Shown here in pieces: positions 13,347 to 23,236 of a stretch of 64,000 nt of DNA. This DNA is from Balanoglossus misakiensis (taxonomy: Eukaryota > Animalia > Hemichordata). The stretch lies in assembly GCA_040954595.2 (NCBI GenBank), contig CM082589.2, positions 9,188,894 through 9,252,893 of the forward strand. The letters run 5' to 3'. Below the pieces are notes generated by a model. It was not told where the DNA came from, ran no database searches, and worked only from the letters and a program-made list of their open reading frames with translations. Each line of letters starts with the position of its first letter. Position 1 is the stretch's first letter. Both the position numbers and the translations under genes were made by a program.

Positions 13347-14345
13347 ATGGTAGAAAGCGGTCATAATTACTGGTTTGTTGAGTGGTGTGAAACGAAACAT
13401 CTGTCAAAGGACACGATCGACAAGTTGACTACAGAACAAATCACCTCGACGGAAATCTTGAAAACCATACAAGAACAGGACATTGTTGACCTCGAACTGC
13501 CCCTTGGCCAACGGAGTCTACTAAGACGGGTAATACGAGATATGTCCGATAACCCGACCGGAGTAAAACGACAAGAACCAAACGGCGGCGGGAAGGAGGA
13601 GGTGACATCGCCGGTGACGACCAAGTCCCTTGCCAAAGACAAAATCCTCAACGAATTGATGGAGTCTTTAGGGAACGACGCACTGAAAGATGTGTTGGAA
13701 AGTGGCGCCAAAACAAGTCCCGCGCACCCTGAACACGCTAAAGGTGAGAGAAAGCCGCTTCTTATCCCCGACTTCATCACATATGGCAAAGGCGTTATTG
13801 AACCATGCGATGAAACAGAACTAGTGAGTGATGGAAATACCAAACTTGTGGTGCGCACCACGAAATCACGCCCCAAGCCAGAACAAATATCCCTCGCCCA
13901 GTGGGTCTCGGCAAACGCACGTATCATGAAAAAGGGAATCGAAGCAGGTGATATGTCAAGCGAGGAAATCATGGGTTACCTGAACCACACCATTAACATC
14001 GGGGACTATGCCCAGACCTTTACGGTGCCCTCAGTGATGACATACGATAATGAATATCGTAAGAAGCAGGCATCAACAAAATCCAAGTGGGGTGGAGTGG
14101 ATTTGCACCTTTCCCTGTATTACTTGGATAGACGTCAGCCACCCTTACAGACAGGTAAACGCCAACAACAGAGACCACGCCAACAGGATCGCAGCGGCAA
14201 AGAAATATGCTACGACTACCAAAAGGCAGCAGGTTGCCAACGAACCTCGTGTCGGTTCGCACACATTTGCATTGAAAAAGGATGTGGCAAAGACCACCCA
14301 CAGTTCCAACATGGCGACCCACACTTGAATTCTACACAACCATAG
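13347..14345 (+). CDS. gag: Ngaro Gag-like protein (332 aa): N-terminal SAM-like helical region, C-terminal CCCH-type zinc finger
   Basis: ATG in accATGg context just after A1; CYDYQKAAGCQRTSCRFAHICIEKGCGKDH; intact ORF. Confidence 0.9.
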   Translation: MVESGHNYWFVEWCETKHLSKDTIDKLTTEQITSTEILKTIQEQDIVDLELPLGQRSLLRRVIRDMSDNPTGVKRQEPNGGGKEEVTSPVTTKSLAKDKILNELMESLGNDALKDVLESGAKTSPAHPEHAKGERKPLLIPDFITYGKGVIEPCDETELVSDGNTKLVVRTTKSRPKPEQISLAQWVSANARIMKKGIEAGDMSSEEIMGYLNHTINIGDYAQTFTVPSVMTYDNEYRKKQASTKSKWGGVDLHLSLYYLDRRQPPLQTGKRQQQRPRQQDRSGKEICYDYQKAAGCQRTSCRFAHICIEKGCGKDHPQFQHGDPHLNSTQP

Positions 14346-15899
14346 GATGAGGACTCTAGCCCACTGACTACATGTTATGATGTGTGGGAGCGGGAACTTT
14401 CTGCAGATTCGGATAGAGACTTTATTTTACATGGATTGCACTATGGGTTTGATATTATTGACCCAGGTAGCCCCCTGACACCAATCGATCAGACTAACTA
14501 TCAGTCCGCCACTTCAAGTAAACTCAGGAGTGCAGTAGAAAGACAGTTGCGTGAGGAAATCACAAAAGGCAACTATGTTGTCACACCTCGCAAGCCGATG
14601 TTGATCAGTAGTCTTGGCGCCATCGAAAAATCAGAACCAGGCAAAATCAGACTCATTCATGATTGCAGCAGGCCAATTGGCAAAGGCTTGAACTCAAAGG
14701 CCACAACAGAGTCCTTCAAATATGAATCAATCGACTCGGCAGTCAAACTGTGCAAAAAGAATTCATACATGGCAAAAATTGACTTGAAATCGGCTTACAG
14801 ACATGTACCAAACAGCAAAGACTCTCAAAGGGCTACAGGGTTGAAGTATCAGTTTGCGGGCGATGAAACTTGGACATACATGGTCGACACCAGACTGCCG
14901 TTTGGAGCAGCAAAAAGTCCGGAAATATTCAATAGAATTGCCCAGAGTGTGGTTCGTATGATGCACAGACGAGGCTACAAAGCAACTATTGTGTACTTAG
15001 ATGACTTCCTGATCATAGCAGATTGTGAAGCTGTGTGTGAACAGGCTTTCCAGACACTACTGCAGCTATTGCGGGAACTGGGTTTTGCAGTGAATCAGCA
15101 GAAGGTTGTGGCTCCCACACAACGTTTAACATTCTTAGGAATTCAGATAGACAGCGCCAAACAAACCCTCGCGTTAGATGACAAAAAACTTGCAGACCTG
15201 AAGCTATGTCTTTCCATGTGGGATGGAAAGAAGCGTGCAACTAAGCGTGAATTGCAGCAACTTATTGGCAAACTTAATTGGGCGGCCAAAGTTGTACGCG
15301 GCGGGCGTACATTTTTACGCAGTTTGATTGACTTGATGGCCACGGTGCGTCAACAGCACCACCATGTGCGGCTCAACCAACAGGCGAAAGCGGACATCAG
15401 ATGGTGGAATGACCTGTGCAAAGTGTTTAATGGTACGGCGTTTTTCATCGAAAAGTATCCGTTGCCCATGCAGGAATTTTCTACTGATGCGTGTGTTACA
15501 AGCGGCGGTGGTTACTTTGGAAAAGACTGGTTTTACACCAATTGGCAGGCAGATTTTCCGGAACTTGCAGACTGTCATATCACATTAAAGGAACTCTTTG
15601 CTGTCATCATTGCTTGCAAGCGCTGGCATCCATTTTGGAAAAACAAACATGTGATCGTGTATACAGACAATATGGCCACTATGTACATGATCAATTCTGG
15701 CACTAGCCATAATAAGTTGGCTATGACATGGTTACGTACTTTATTTTGGCTGTCGGCAACCTCAAATTTTTATATAACCGCTCTTTATATACCATCAGGT
15801 CAGAATCTGGCTGACCCTTTGTCAAGACTTCATGAGATAAAGCATTATTTCAAAGCAATGGCATTTTTTAAATCCAATGCAATGGCAGGTACTTTTAAC
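14346..15899 (+). CDS. pol: Ngaro reverse transcriptase-RNase H; C-terminus displaced to 21769-21876 by the LINE
   Basis: KIDLKSAYRH, LPFG and YLDD (RT); STDAC, LKEL, YTDN and LADPLSR (RNase H). In frame with gag beyond the TAG. Confidence 0.95.
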
Positions 15900-15995
15900 C
15901 ATTAAACACTTTGCACAGGTCATTCCACCATCTGCTGATAACTCTGGTGACGAGGAAGATTCGAAGTAGGAGTAAAATTCCTGCATGGGCAACGG

Positions 15996-16826
15996 ATGCT
16001 TTTCGATGAAAAACGCCGTACCATTAAACACTTTGCACAGGTCATTCCACCATCTGCTGATAACTCTGGTGACGAGGAAGATTCGACGTCGAGTGAACGT
16101 AATGGGAGCCATATTGGGGCGACTGACGGTGGTGGAAAAGTTACACTAACTGATGTCATGAGTGAAATACGTAACCTGCGGAAGGACATAACCGGCCAAA
16201 TAAAGGCAGTTGACAAGCAAGTGAAGGAACTAGCAGGTGAAATGAAAGATGTACAAAACTGGATGCATGAAAATCGAGAAACGGTCAGTAAGCTTGTGGA
16301 GGAAAACAAAGAGCTGCGTGCCCGTGCTGACAGGTTAGAGTCGGACGGTGACAAGATGCAGGCACAGATGAAGCGTAACAATCTTGTAATTTTTGGAGTT
16401 GAGGAAGATGGCAAAGAGAATTGGAATGATATGGAGGAGATACTGAAGACATTTATCAAAGACAAACTGGGCATCCCCGAGGACTTGGAGTTTGAGCGTG
16501 TTCATCGGTTAAGTTATGCACGCAGCCACCCAAAGCCGATAATTGCAAAGTTCCTCCGTTATAAACAACGAGAGACAGTTATGCGGGCTGCCGTTAAACT
16601 GAAGGGAACTGACTATCGCATTGGTGAGGATTTTACATTGAAAGTCCGGGAAACCCGCCGAAAGCTTAGAAGATTCGCGCAGGAAGCAAGGGCAGCTGGT
16701 AAGACTGTGAAGTTTGTCTATGACAAAATCAAGATCGATGACGTGGTCTACAAATACGATGAAGAGGTTGAGAACATACAGCCAGCATACAGAAAGAGAG
16801 GTGTAGCACCTACTGGTATAGACTAG
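15996..16826 (+). CDS. LINE ORF1 (coiled coil plus L1-like RRM/CTD); first 20 codons derive from inverted Ngaro DNA
   Basis: RNNLVIFGVEE, ERVHRL, KPIIAKF and IGEDF motifs; heptad-rich region upstream. Confidence 0.88.
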   Translation: MLFDEKRRTIKHFAQVIPPSADNSGDEEDSTSSERNGSHIGATDGGGKVTLTDVMSEIRNLRKDITGQIKAVDKQVKELAGEMKDVQNWMHENRETVSKLVEENKELRARADRLESDGDKMQAQMKRNNLVIFGVEEDGKENWNDMEEILKTFIKDKLGIPEDLEFERVHRLSYARSHPKPIIAKFLRYKQRETVMRAAVKLKGTDYRIGEDFTLKVRETRRKLRRFAQEARAAGKTVKFVYDKIKIDDVVYKYDEEVENIQPAYRKRGVAPTGID

Positions 16827-16892
16827 GAAACAGGCCAAGGTCGGACAAACCTAAAAGACACTGTTTATGTTCCTGTACAAAATGCAGGCCAG

Positions 16893-19309
16893 ATGGAACA
16901 AGAACTGTCATTTTTAATCTGGAATGTAAATGGGTTGCGTGATAAGATTGACAAGAGTGATTTTCGTGAATATATTCGCTCCTTTGAATTTATATGTCTT
17001 ACTGAGACTTGGCTTCAAAAAGGAAGTGATGTTTTCCTAGAAGGTTTTAAAAGTGTTCACGTTGCAGGACAGAGAAAACAGAAGTATGGAAGAGCATCTG
17101 GTGGGATCTCAGTATTTTTCCGTGAAAATAACAGTTGTAATCTGGATGTAAAGTTTCTTGCTAAGAGTCAATCACAAAATATGTGTTGGTCTGTGATTAC
17201 AAGAAACACTCACCCCTGAGGGTTCAAACTTTGTAGAAAAGGATTTTTTGGATATCCTAGAAAATGATGTAATCAAATACACCGCTAAATATAACTGTGA
17301 TATGATTCTTGCAGGAGACTTTAATGGTATGACGGGAAACTTTTCAGGAAAAGTAGATGTAAATGATATTTATCTACCATTAGATGAACATTGTAGCGAT
17401 TCGTATGATTTACCTGAAAGGTGTTCCATGGACGAAGGGATAAATAACTATGGTCGGCAACTGCTAAATTTCTGTTCATCTACACAATTGTATATTGTAA
17501 ATGGTAGACTTGGTCAAGACCATGGGGTTGGAATGTATACTTATATTTCAAAAAAAGGCACATGTGTTAATGACTATGTTTTGACAGCGGGAAGTGTTTT
17601 CCCAAAAATTAAGCATTTTAAGGTTGGGCAACGTATAGAATCTGACCATATGCCTTTGGAATTTACTTGTAAAGGAGCTGGAAATCCACAACTCCTGCAG
17701 AATACTATACGTACATGTGTACCCCAAACCCGTTTGAGATGGTCTCATGAGCAAAAAGAAATGTTTCACTGTAATTTCCAGACAGAATCAACAGATCAAT
17801 TATGTAACACTTTTTATGACAATATTGCCCAGGGTGAGTTGGATGCAGCTGCTGTTTGTTTAACTGGTATTATACATTCATGTTGTAACTTTATGAAAGT
17901 GAAGGTAAATACTTTCAACAACACAAATTTAAAAAGAGAGAATCCTTGGTTTGATAAAGAGTGTTTAACATTGAAGAAAGAAGTATATTGCTCTCTCAAC
18001 CATTTCAGACACTGTAGAACCAAAAATAGCTTAGAAAATTATATGCATTTGAAATCAGTTTATAGAAAATTAATTAATGAAAAGAAACAAATTTACAAGA
18101 AACAACAGCGGGAGGAACTTGTTTTTCTTTCCTCTCAGGCAAATTCTAGGTTGTTTTGGCAAAAGGTCCGTAAGAGCCCTACATATATGTCAACAAACAT
18201 CTCTGAGGAGAGCTGGTTTGATTACTTCAAAGACCTTTTTAATCCAAAAATGGTTGAAACAGAGGATATGAAAGACTTTTACTCTTCTATTCAAAATTAT
18301 GTGAATGACTTAAACTGTAATGATGTAAGCAGTTCGGATGTTGACTGTTCAGCCTTAAACCAGGCTATTTCCATGGCCGAAATTAAAAGTAGTATAGCAA
18401 AATTAAAAAATAATAAAGCTCCTGGGTATGATGGCATACAAGCAGAATTTTGGAAACATGCACCTGAAGGGATTTTTGATATGCTGTTCACACTTTTCAA
18501 TGAAGTTTTTGATAAAGGGATTTTCCCCCAACAGTGGGCAATGGGATTGATTAGCCCTATACATAAGAAGGGAAACAGAGACACCCCAGAAAATTACCGT
18601 AGCATTATGCTTCTTAACGTTGTAAGTAAAATTTATACATTTATTTTAACAGACAGACTTGTACATTGGTTTGATGAGTTCAATGAAATTGTGGAACCTC
18701 AGAGTGGATTCAGAAAGAAAAGAAACACTTTGGATAACATTTTTATTTTACGTACACTTATTGAAAAGTATGTCTTCCACTTAAAGAGTCGCCTATATTG
18801 TGCCTTTATAGACTATGAAAAAGCATTCGATAGGGTTCATCATTATTCACTTTTCTATAAACTAGCCATGACAGGCATGAGGGGTAAACTTTTGTCTTCT
18901 TTATACGCTATGTACTCGCATGTTAAAGCAGCAGTTAAAACTCTGCATGGGGTGACTAATTTTTTTGATATTAATATAGGAGTCCAACAAGGTTCTGTTA
19001 TTTCCCCCCTTTTGTTTTGCTTCTACATTAATGATATTGAAGACGCTCTTACACAAGGTAGAGAAACTGTTGTCTATGCCAACACAGTAAAATTGTTGTA
19101 TTTACTCTATGCTGATGATCTTGCTTTATTTAGCAGCACTCCCATTGGTCTACAGCGTTTGCTGAACAGACTGGCAGACTATTGTAAAATGTGGAGACTC
19201 ACTGTTAATCTTAACAAAACAAAAATTATTGTTTTCCGTAAGGCCAAAAAAAAAAAGAGTTTTGTTTAGCGTCCAAGCGAAATCTCAAAATTGATGCGGT
19301 GACGCGGCT

Positions 19310-19340
<31 letters not shown>

Positions 19341-21660
19341 CTGCGAAACAAGAACAGCAAATATTTCTTTAATAGTCCAAAATTAAGGGGGGGGGGATTT
19401 GGTCAAAGTAGGGGGGAATCATGATTTGCATAATTTATGTTAATTAGGTAAACATCAAGGAATGACAATTTTGAAGGTTAACTTACTAACTGCCTTCATT
19501 CCATATTAAAAAAAGCATAAGTAAATTACAACACTTTACATGTGAACTTGACAACATATTAACAGTTACAGTTTTTTCTACTTTAAATTAGTAGATTTTG
19601 CAGAGGAAGACACCAGCTTGCATAACTTTCAGGGCATGTAATTTAAAAAATGCTGGAGAGCTGAAAATAACTCTCCTGAAATTAATTACACAAGTGGTAG
19701 GAGAGTGACTGATTAACTGCTCCCCTGGCAAGTAGAGTGAAATAAATAAAAAAAAATGCAACTGCAAAAACAATAGTGTCTTTCTTTAATACTATACCTG
19801 AGAAAAAAATTCTTGTTTGATTTTAAAAGTTTCAGTTTTATAGCTGCCAAAATATTAGATTGTGAAACCATTAATAGTTAAATAAATTGAAGTGGTATAT
19901 ATTTCTTCAGATTTCTGCCTACACTTCCCCATCTGTGGCTAGGCACACTACTCAAATAAACAGTCTCTGTACATATTGAATGACTTTCCTTCCTAAGTAA
20001 GAAAACAAGGTCATGGAAAACTGATACATTCTTGATAATCGCCATGGCAGGAACGCAGTTTCTTTAATTTGCATAAAATTGTTACGTTTTGCCAACCCAA
20101 TTTCAAAAGTCGCCATAACAACAAGTTCACTTGAGTGCAGAGTGTGTGCTCTAAATTTAGACGGTATCCAGATAGGCTGTTCCAACAATTGCACACTACA
20201 GCCCTGGAGCTAAATTACAAGTGAATGAATGTGAAAGTCATCTACTACATAGTTTTGGGGGGTGGGAAGTTAAAATGTATAGGCCAGCACGCAGTAATAT
20301 CGGCCGTTTTCCCAGTGTTTTGACTGACGGTGCCTGCTATTGAGGCTTGGACGCGCATGTACTGGCCGGGTGGGCTGTTCACGAAGGGGCGATTGTCGCC
20401 CCCTGAACTTGTTACAAGGGGCGCTTCAAGTGTAAAATAGGGGGAATCGCGCGATCGCGCGTCCTGGAGAAAACACTGAACTGTTGATTTCCGGGTTCGA
20501 AAATTACGAAAAAAAAAGCCTCGACGCGCATGTTTAAAAGTGACGCGCGCGAGGACGCTAAACAAAACTCTTTTTTTTTTTGGCCTAAGGCTGGAAGTTT
20601 GAAAAAATGTGAAAAATGGTTTTTGAATGGGAAAAAGATAGAAGTTGTTTCTAAATATAACTATCTGGGTGTAATATTTTCAAGTTCTGGAATTTGGTTT
20701 CAAGCTCAAAAATATATTTCAGAACAAGCCAGGAAAGCTCTTCACTTAGTACAAAGTAGCCTCTGTAAAGTTGACGGAATACAACCAGACATTGCTTTCA
20801 GAGTTTTTGATTGTAAAATATTGCCAGTCCTTCTTTATGGCAGTGCAATTTGGGGGACCAATGATTGTGTAGATGTGGAAAAGATTCATCATAGATTTTG
20901 TAAGTTTCTTTTGGGTGTACGTATAAATACAACAAACTCAGCGGTGCGGGGAGAACTTGGAAGGTATCCCATTCGCATACAAATTTATATACAAATATTA
21001 CGTTTTTGGTTCAAATGTGTTAATCCAACCTCACCAAAAATAGTTACAGACTGTTATAAATACCAATATAATAGGGCTGAAAAAGGTTATAAATGCTGGG
21101 GGCTGTTTGTGAAAAATTTACTCTGTAATTATGGTTTTGCTGAGATATGGGCTTTCCAAGACTCAGTAAATGGAGATTTCTTTTTACCTCTGTTCAAACA
21201 AAGATGTCAAGACATTTCAATACAGGAATGGCAAACTGAAATAAGATGTAGTTCAAAACTGAGTACTTACTGTATGTTTAAAAATAAGTTTTCATGTGAG
21301 AAATATTTAGAATGTATTTCAGACACAGTCTATAGATATGCTTTGTCTCGTTTTAGATTATCATCACACAATTTAAATATTGAACAGGGAAGAAAACATG
21401 GGGTTCCACGCGAACAAAGACTTTGTCGATTTCAATCTTGTGATTCTGTAGAAGATGAGTTCCATTTTTTATTGGTATGCCCAGTATATCAGTGTATTAG
21501 AGAGAGATTTATTCCAAAATTCTTCTATGACACACCCCATGAGTGGAAATTTACTTTATTACTTCAGTCAAACAAACCATACACAGTACAAAATCTTGCC
21601 AGATATATCTTTTATGCTTTTAAACAGCGACATAAACTCCTGGATGATGATCAAGAGTAA
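16893..21660 (+). pseudogene. LINE ORF2 (AP endonuclease, RT, C-terminal CCHC), disrupted
   Basis: WNVNG, LTETW, GDFN and SDH (APE); GVQQGSVISPLLF and YADD (RT); RLSSHNL...C..C...EDEFHFLLVC. Frameshifting deletion near 17210 and MITE insertion at 19242. Confidence 0.92.
19242..20585. mobile_element. PIF/Harbinger-type non-autonomous element (1344 bp)
   Basis: TIR GGCC-A-run-GAGTTTTGTTTAGCGTCC; TAA TSD (19239-41, 20586-88); removing it restores the ORF2 frame FRKAGSLK. Confidence 0.9.
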
Positions 21661-21812
21661 AACTGTACGAGGAACGAACCCTCAAGCGACTGTAAATTTT
21701 GATATTCTCTTTTTTGATATGTACAATATGGCTGGTGGCCAATAGTACTGAATAAATGCATTATTATTATTACTCAAGTGGGTGATTGGTACCCTGGTAA
21801 TATGACCTATGA

Positions 21813-22829
21813 CTCTTACCAATTGCTCTTACAGGGCCTTTGCAGGACCAAATGGACTTACTGGACCAAGAGATGACGGCTTACAAACGGTCAGCCTATG
21901 CCGAATCAACAAAGAAAGCATATAAGACTCACCGTGATACATTCCTGTGTTTTTGCCTTTATTTTGAGTTAAGACCTGTGCCAGCAGACACTCTAACAAT
22001 CTGCAGGTATGCAGCCTTTTTAGCCAGAACACTTAAACCTTCTAGTATCCTTAGTTACCTAAATGTTATTCGTATTATGCATGAGGAGGTGGGGCTTCCA
22101 AACCCCATGGACAAGAACTGGTTTTTAAATATGGTTAAACGCGGTATTCAGAGGGCCAAGGGCTGCCCTCCAGCTCAGAAATTACCTATCACACTTGATA
22201 TTCTGAGGGCCATTCATGCCCAGTTGGATCTGTCCATTCCTATAAACATTGCTTTTTGGTGCACTTGTATTGTTGCATTTGTTACATTTGCCAGAAAATC
22301 AACCCTTCTCAACAAATCTGCAGATCATCATGTGCGTGGGAAATCATTGTGTAAGGAAGATGTGAGTTTTACCCCAGAAGGCGCTGTACTAACCATCAGG
22401 CACTCAAAAACAATTCAGTTTGGCCAACGGGTCCTCCAGATACACATCCCCAGGGTGCCCGGCTCCCCCCTCTGCCCAGTAGCAGCTTTACATGCTATGT
22501 TGTCCCACACAAGCTCAGCAAAACCGGGTGATCCCCTTTTCATGTATTGTACGACTGGTAAAACTTGTGGCCTCCAGTGTCTCACACATGGCAAATTTGT
22601 GCAATTACTTAGCCTTGTGCTGCAAGCAGCAGGTTATGATCCAAAGCAGTATTCAGGGCATTCATTTCGGAGGGGTGGGGCATCCTTTGCCTTCAGTATT
22701 GGAATTCCCCCCTTGCTGATCAAACAACAAGGGGATTGGAAGTCAAACGCATTCGAAAAGTATATTTTCTTTAGATCCGAGACTAAGCAAAAAATGGTTA
22801 GAGCCATGTCAGTTGCCATGTCAATGTAG
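21813..22829 (+). CDS. Ngaro tyrosine recombinase (intact; start uncertain, possibly spliced)
   Basis: Catalytic set R (FARKS), K (HSKT), HSFRRGGA, GDWKS and Y (EKYI); frame open from 21813; overlaps the displaced pol C-terminus. Confidence 0.93.
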   Translation, partial: LLPIALTGPLQDQMDLLDQEMTAYKRSAYAESTKKAYKTHRDTFLCFCLYFELRPVPADTLTICRYAAFLARTLKPSSILSYLNVIRIMHEEVGLPNPMDKNWFLNMVKRGIQRAKGCPPAQKLPITLDILRAIHAQLDLSIPINIAFWCTCIVAFVTFARKSTLLNKSADHHVRGKSLCKEDVSFTPEGAVLTIRHSKTIQFGQRVLQIHIPRVPGSPLCPVAALHAMLSHTSSAKPGDPLFMYCTTGKTCGLQCLTHGKFVQLLSLVLQAAGYDPKQYSGHSFRRGGASFAFSIGIPPLLIKQQGDWKSNAFEKYIFFRSETKQKMVRAMSVAMSM

Positions 22830-22894
22830 TTAGTGTGGCTAGACGACAAAAAAAAAAAAAGGTGGAAAAGTAACTTTTCCGGTGTTGGGGGTTT

Positions 22895-22969
22895 GGCGGA
22901 TTAGTGTTGTCAATAAAGATTGACCGTTGACCCCCAACACATTGTTTGCCGTAGTTATGTTAGCATAAA
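22895..22969 (+). repeat. Ngaro repeat B1 (75 bp, contains AATAAA)
   Basis: Identical to 23162-23236. Confidence 0.95.
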
Positions 22970-23137
22970 GTGTACAATAGACTCTGTTTATTGGTATTTT
23001 ATGCGGGTACGAGGCTGGGTCCTGGTACGAGGCTGTGTCCTGGTACGAGGCTGTGTCACTTGACCAGCATCTTCTCATAGCTGTTGTCGCCGAGAAACCC
23101 TCCTTCCCGCCAGTGTGTGTTTGTAAAAATTTTCTTT
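22970..23137 (+). repeat. Ngaro repeat A2 (168 bp)
   Basis: Copy of A1 with one extra 18-bp unit; abuts B1, modelling the circle junction. Confidence 0.95.
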
Positions 23138-23161
23138 TCTTCTCTTTTCCCTCCCCTTTGG

Positions 23162-23236
23162 GGCGGATTAGTGTTGTCAATAAAGATTGACCGTTGACCC
23201 CCAACACATTGTTTGCCGTAGTTATGTTAGCATAAA
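23162..23236 (+). repeat. Ngaro repeat B2 (3' terminus)
   Basis: Identical to B1. Confidence 0.95.

Larger units (their letters stand above)
15900..21771 (+). mobile_element. L2/CR1-group LINE, slightly 5'-truncated, with a rearranged 5' junction
   Basis: ORF1 plus APE-RT ORF2; AATAAA at 21751 and (ATT)4 tail at 21760-21771; no TSD evident. Confidence 0.92.
13194..23236 (+). mobile_element. Ngaro-type (DIRS order) tyrosine-recombinase retrotransposon, interrupted by a LINE
   Basis: Split direct repeats A1...B1-A2-B2; gag, RT-RNaseH and YR ORFs in order; no methyltransferase domain; no TSD seen. Confidence 0.95.

Noticed and set aside
13367-13972. 201-aa minus-strand ORF
   Set aside because: Antisense shadow of gag; no recognisable motifs.
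15822-16474. Minus-strand ORFs containing RWWNDLCKVFNGTAFFIEK
   Set aside because: Produced by the inverted 83-bp pol copy and the antisense of LINE ORF1; not separate genes.
20530-20588. Start of the 376-aa ORF as a separate gene
   Set aside because: The N-terminus comes from the MITE end; the rest is the LINE ORF2 continuation.
23005-23060. Short direct repeats as a CRISPR array
   Set aside because: Contiguous 18-bp units without spacers, in a eukaryotic retrotransposon terminus.
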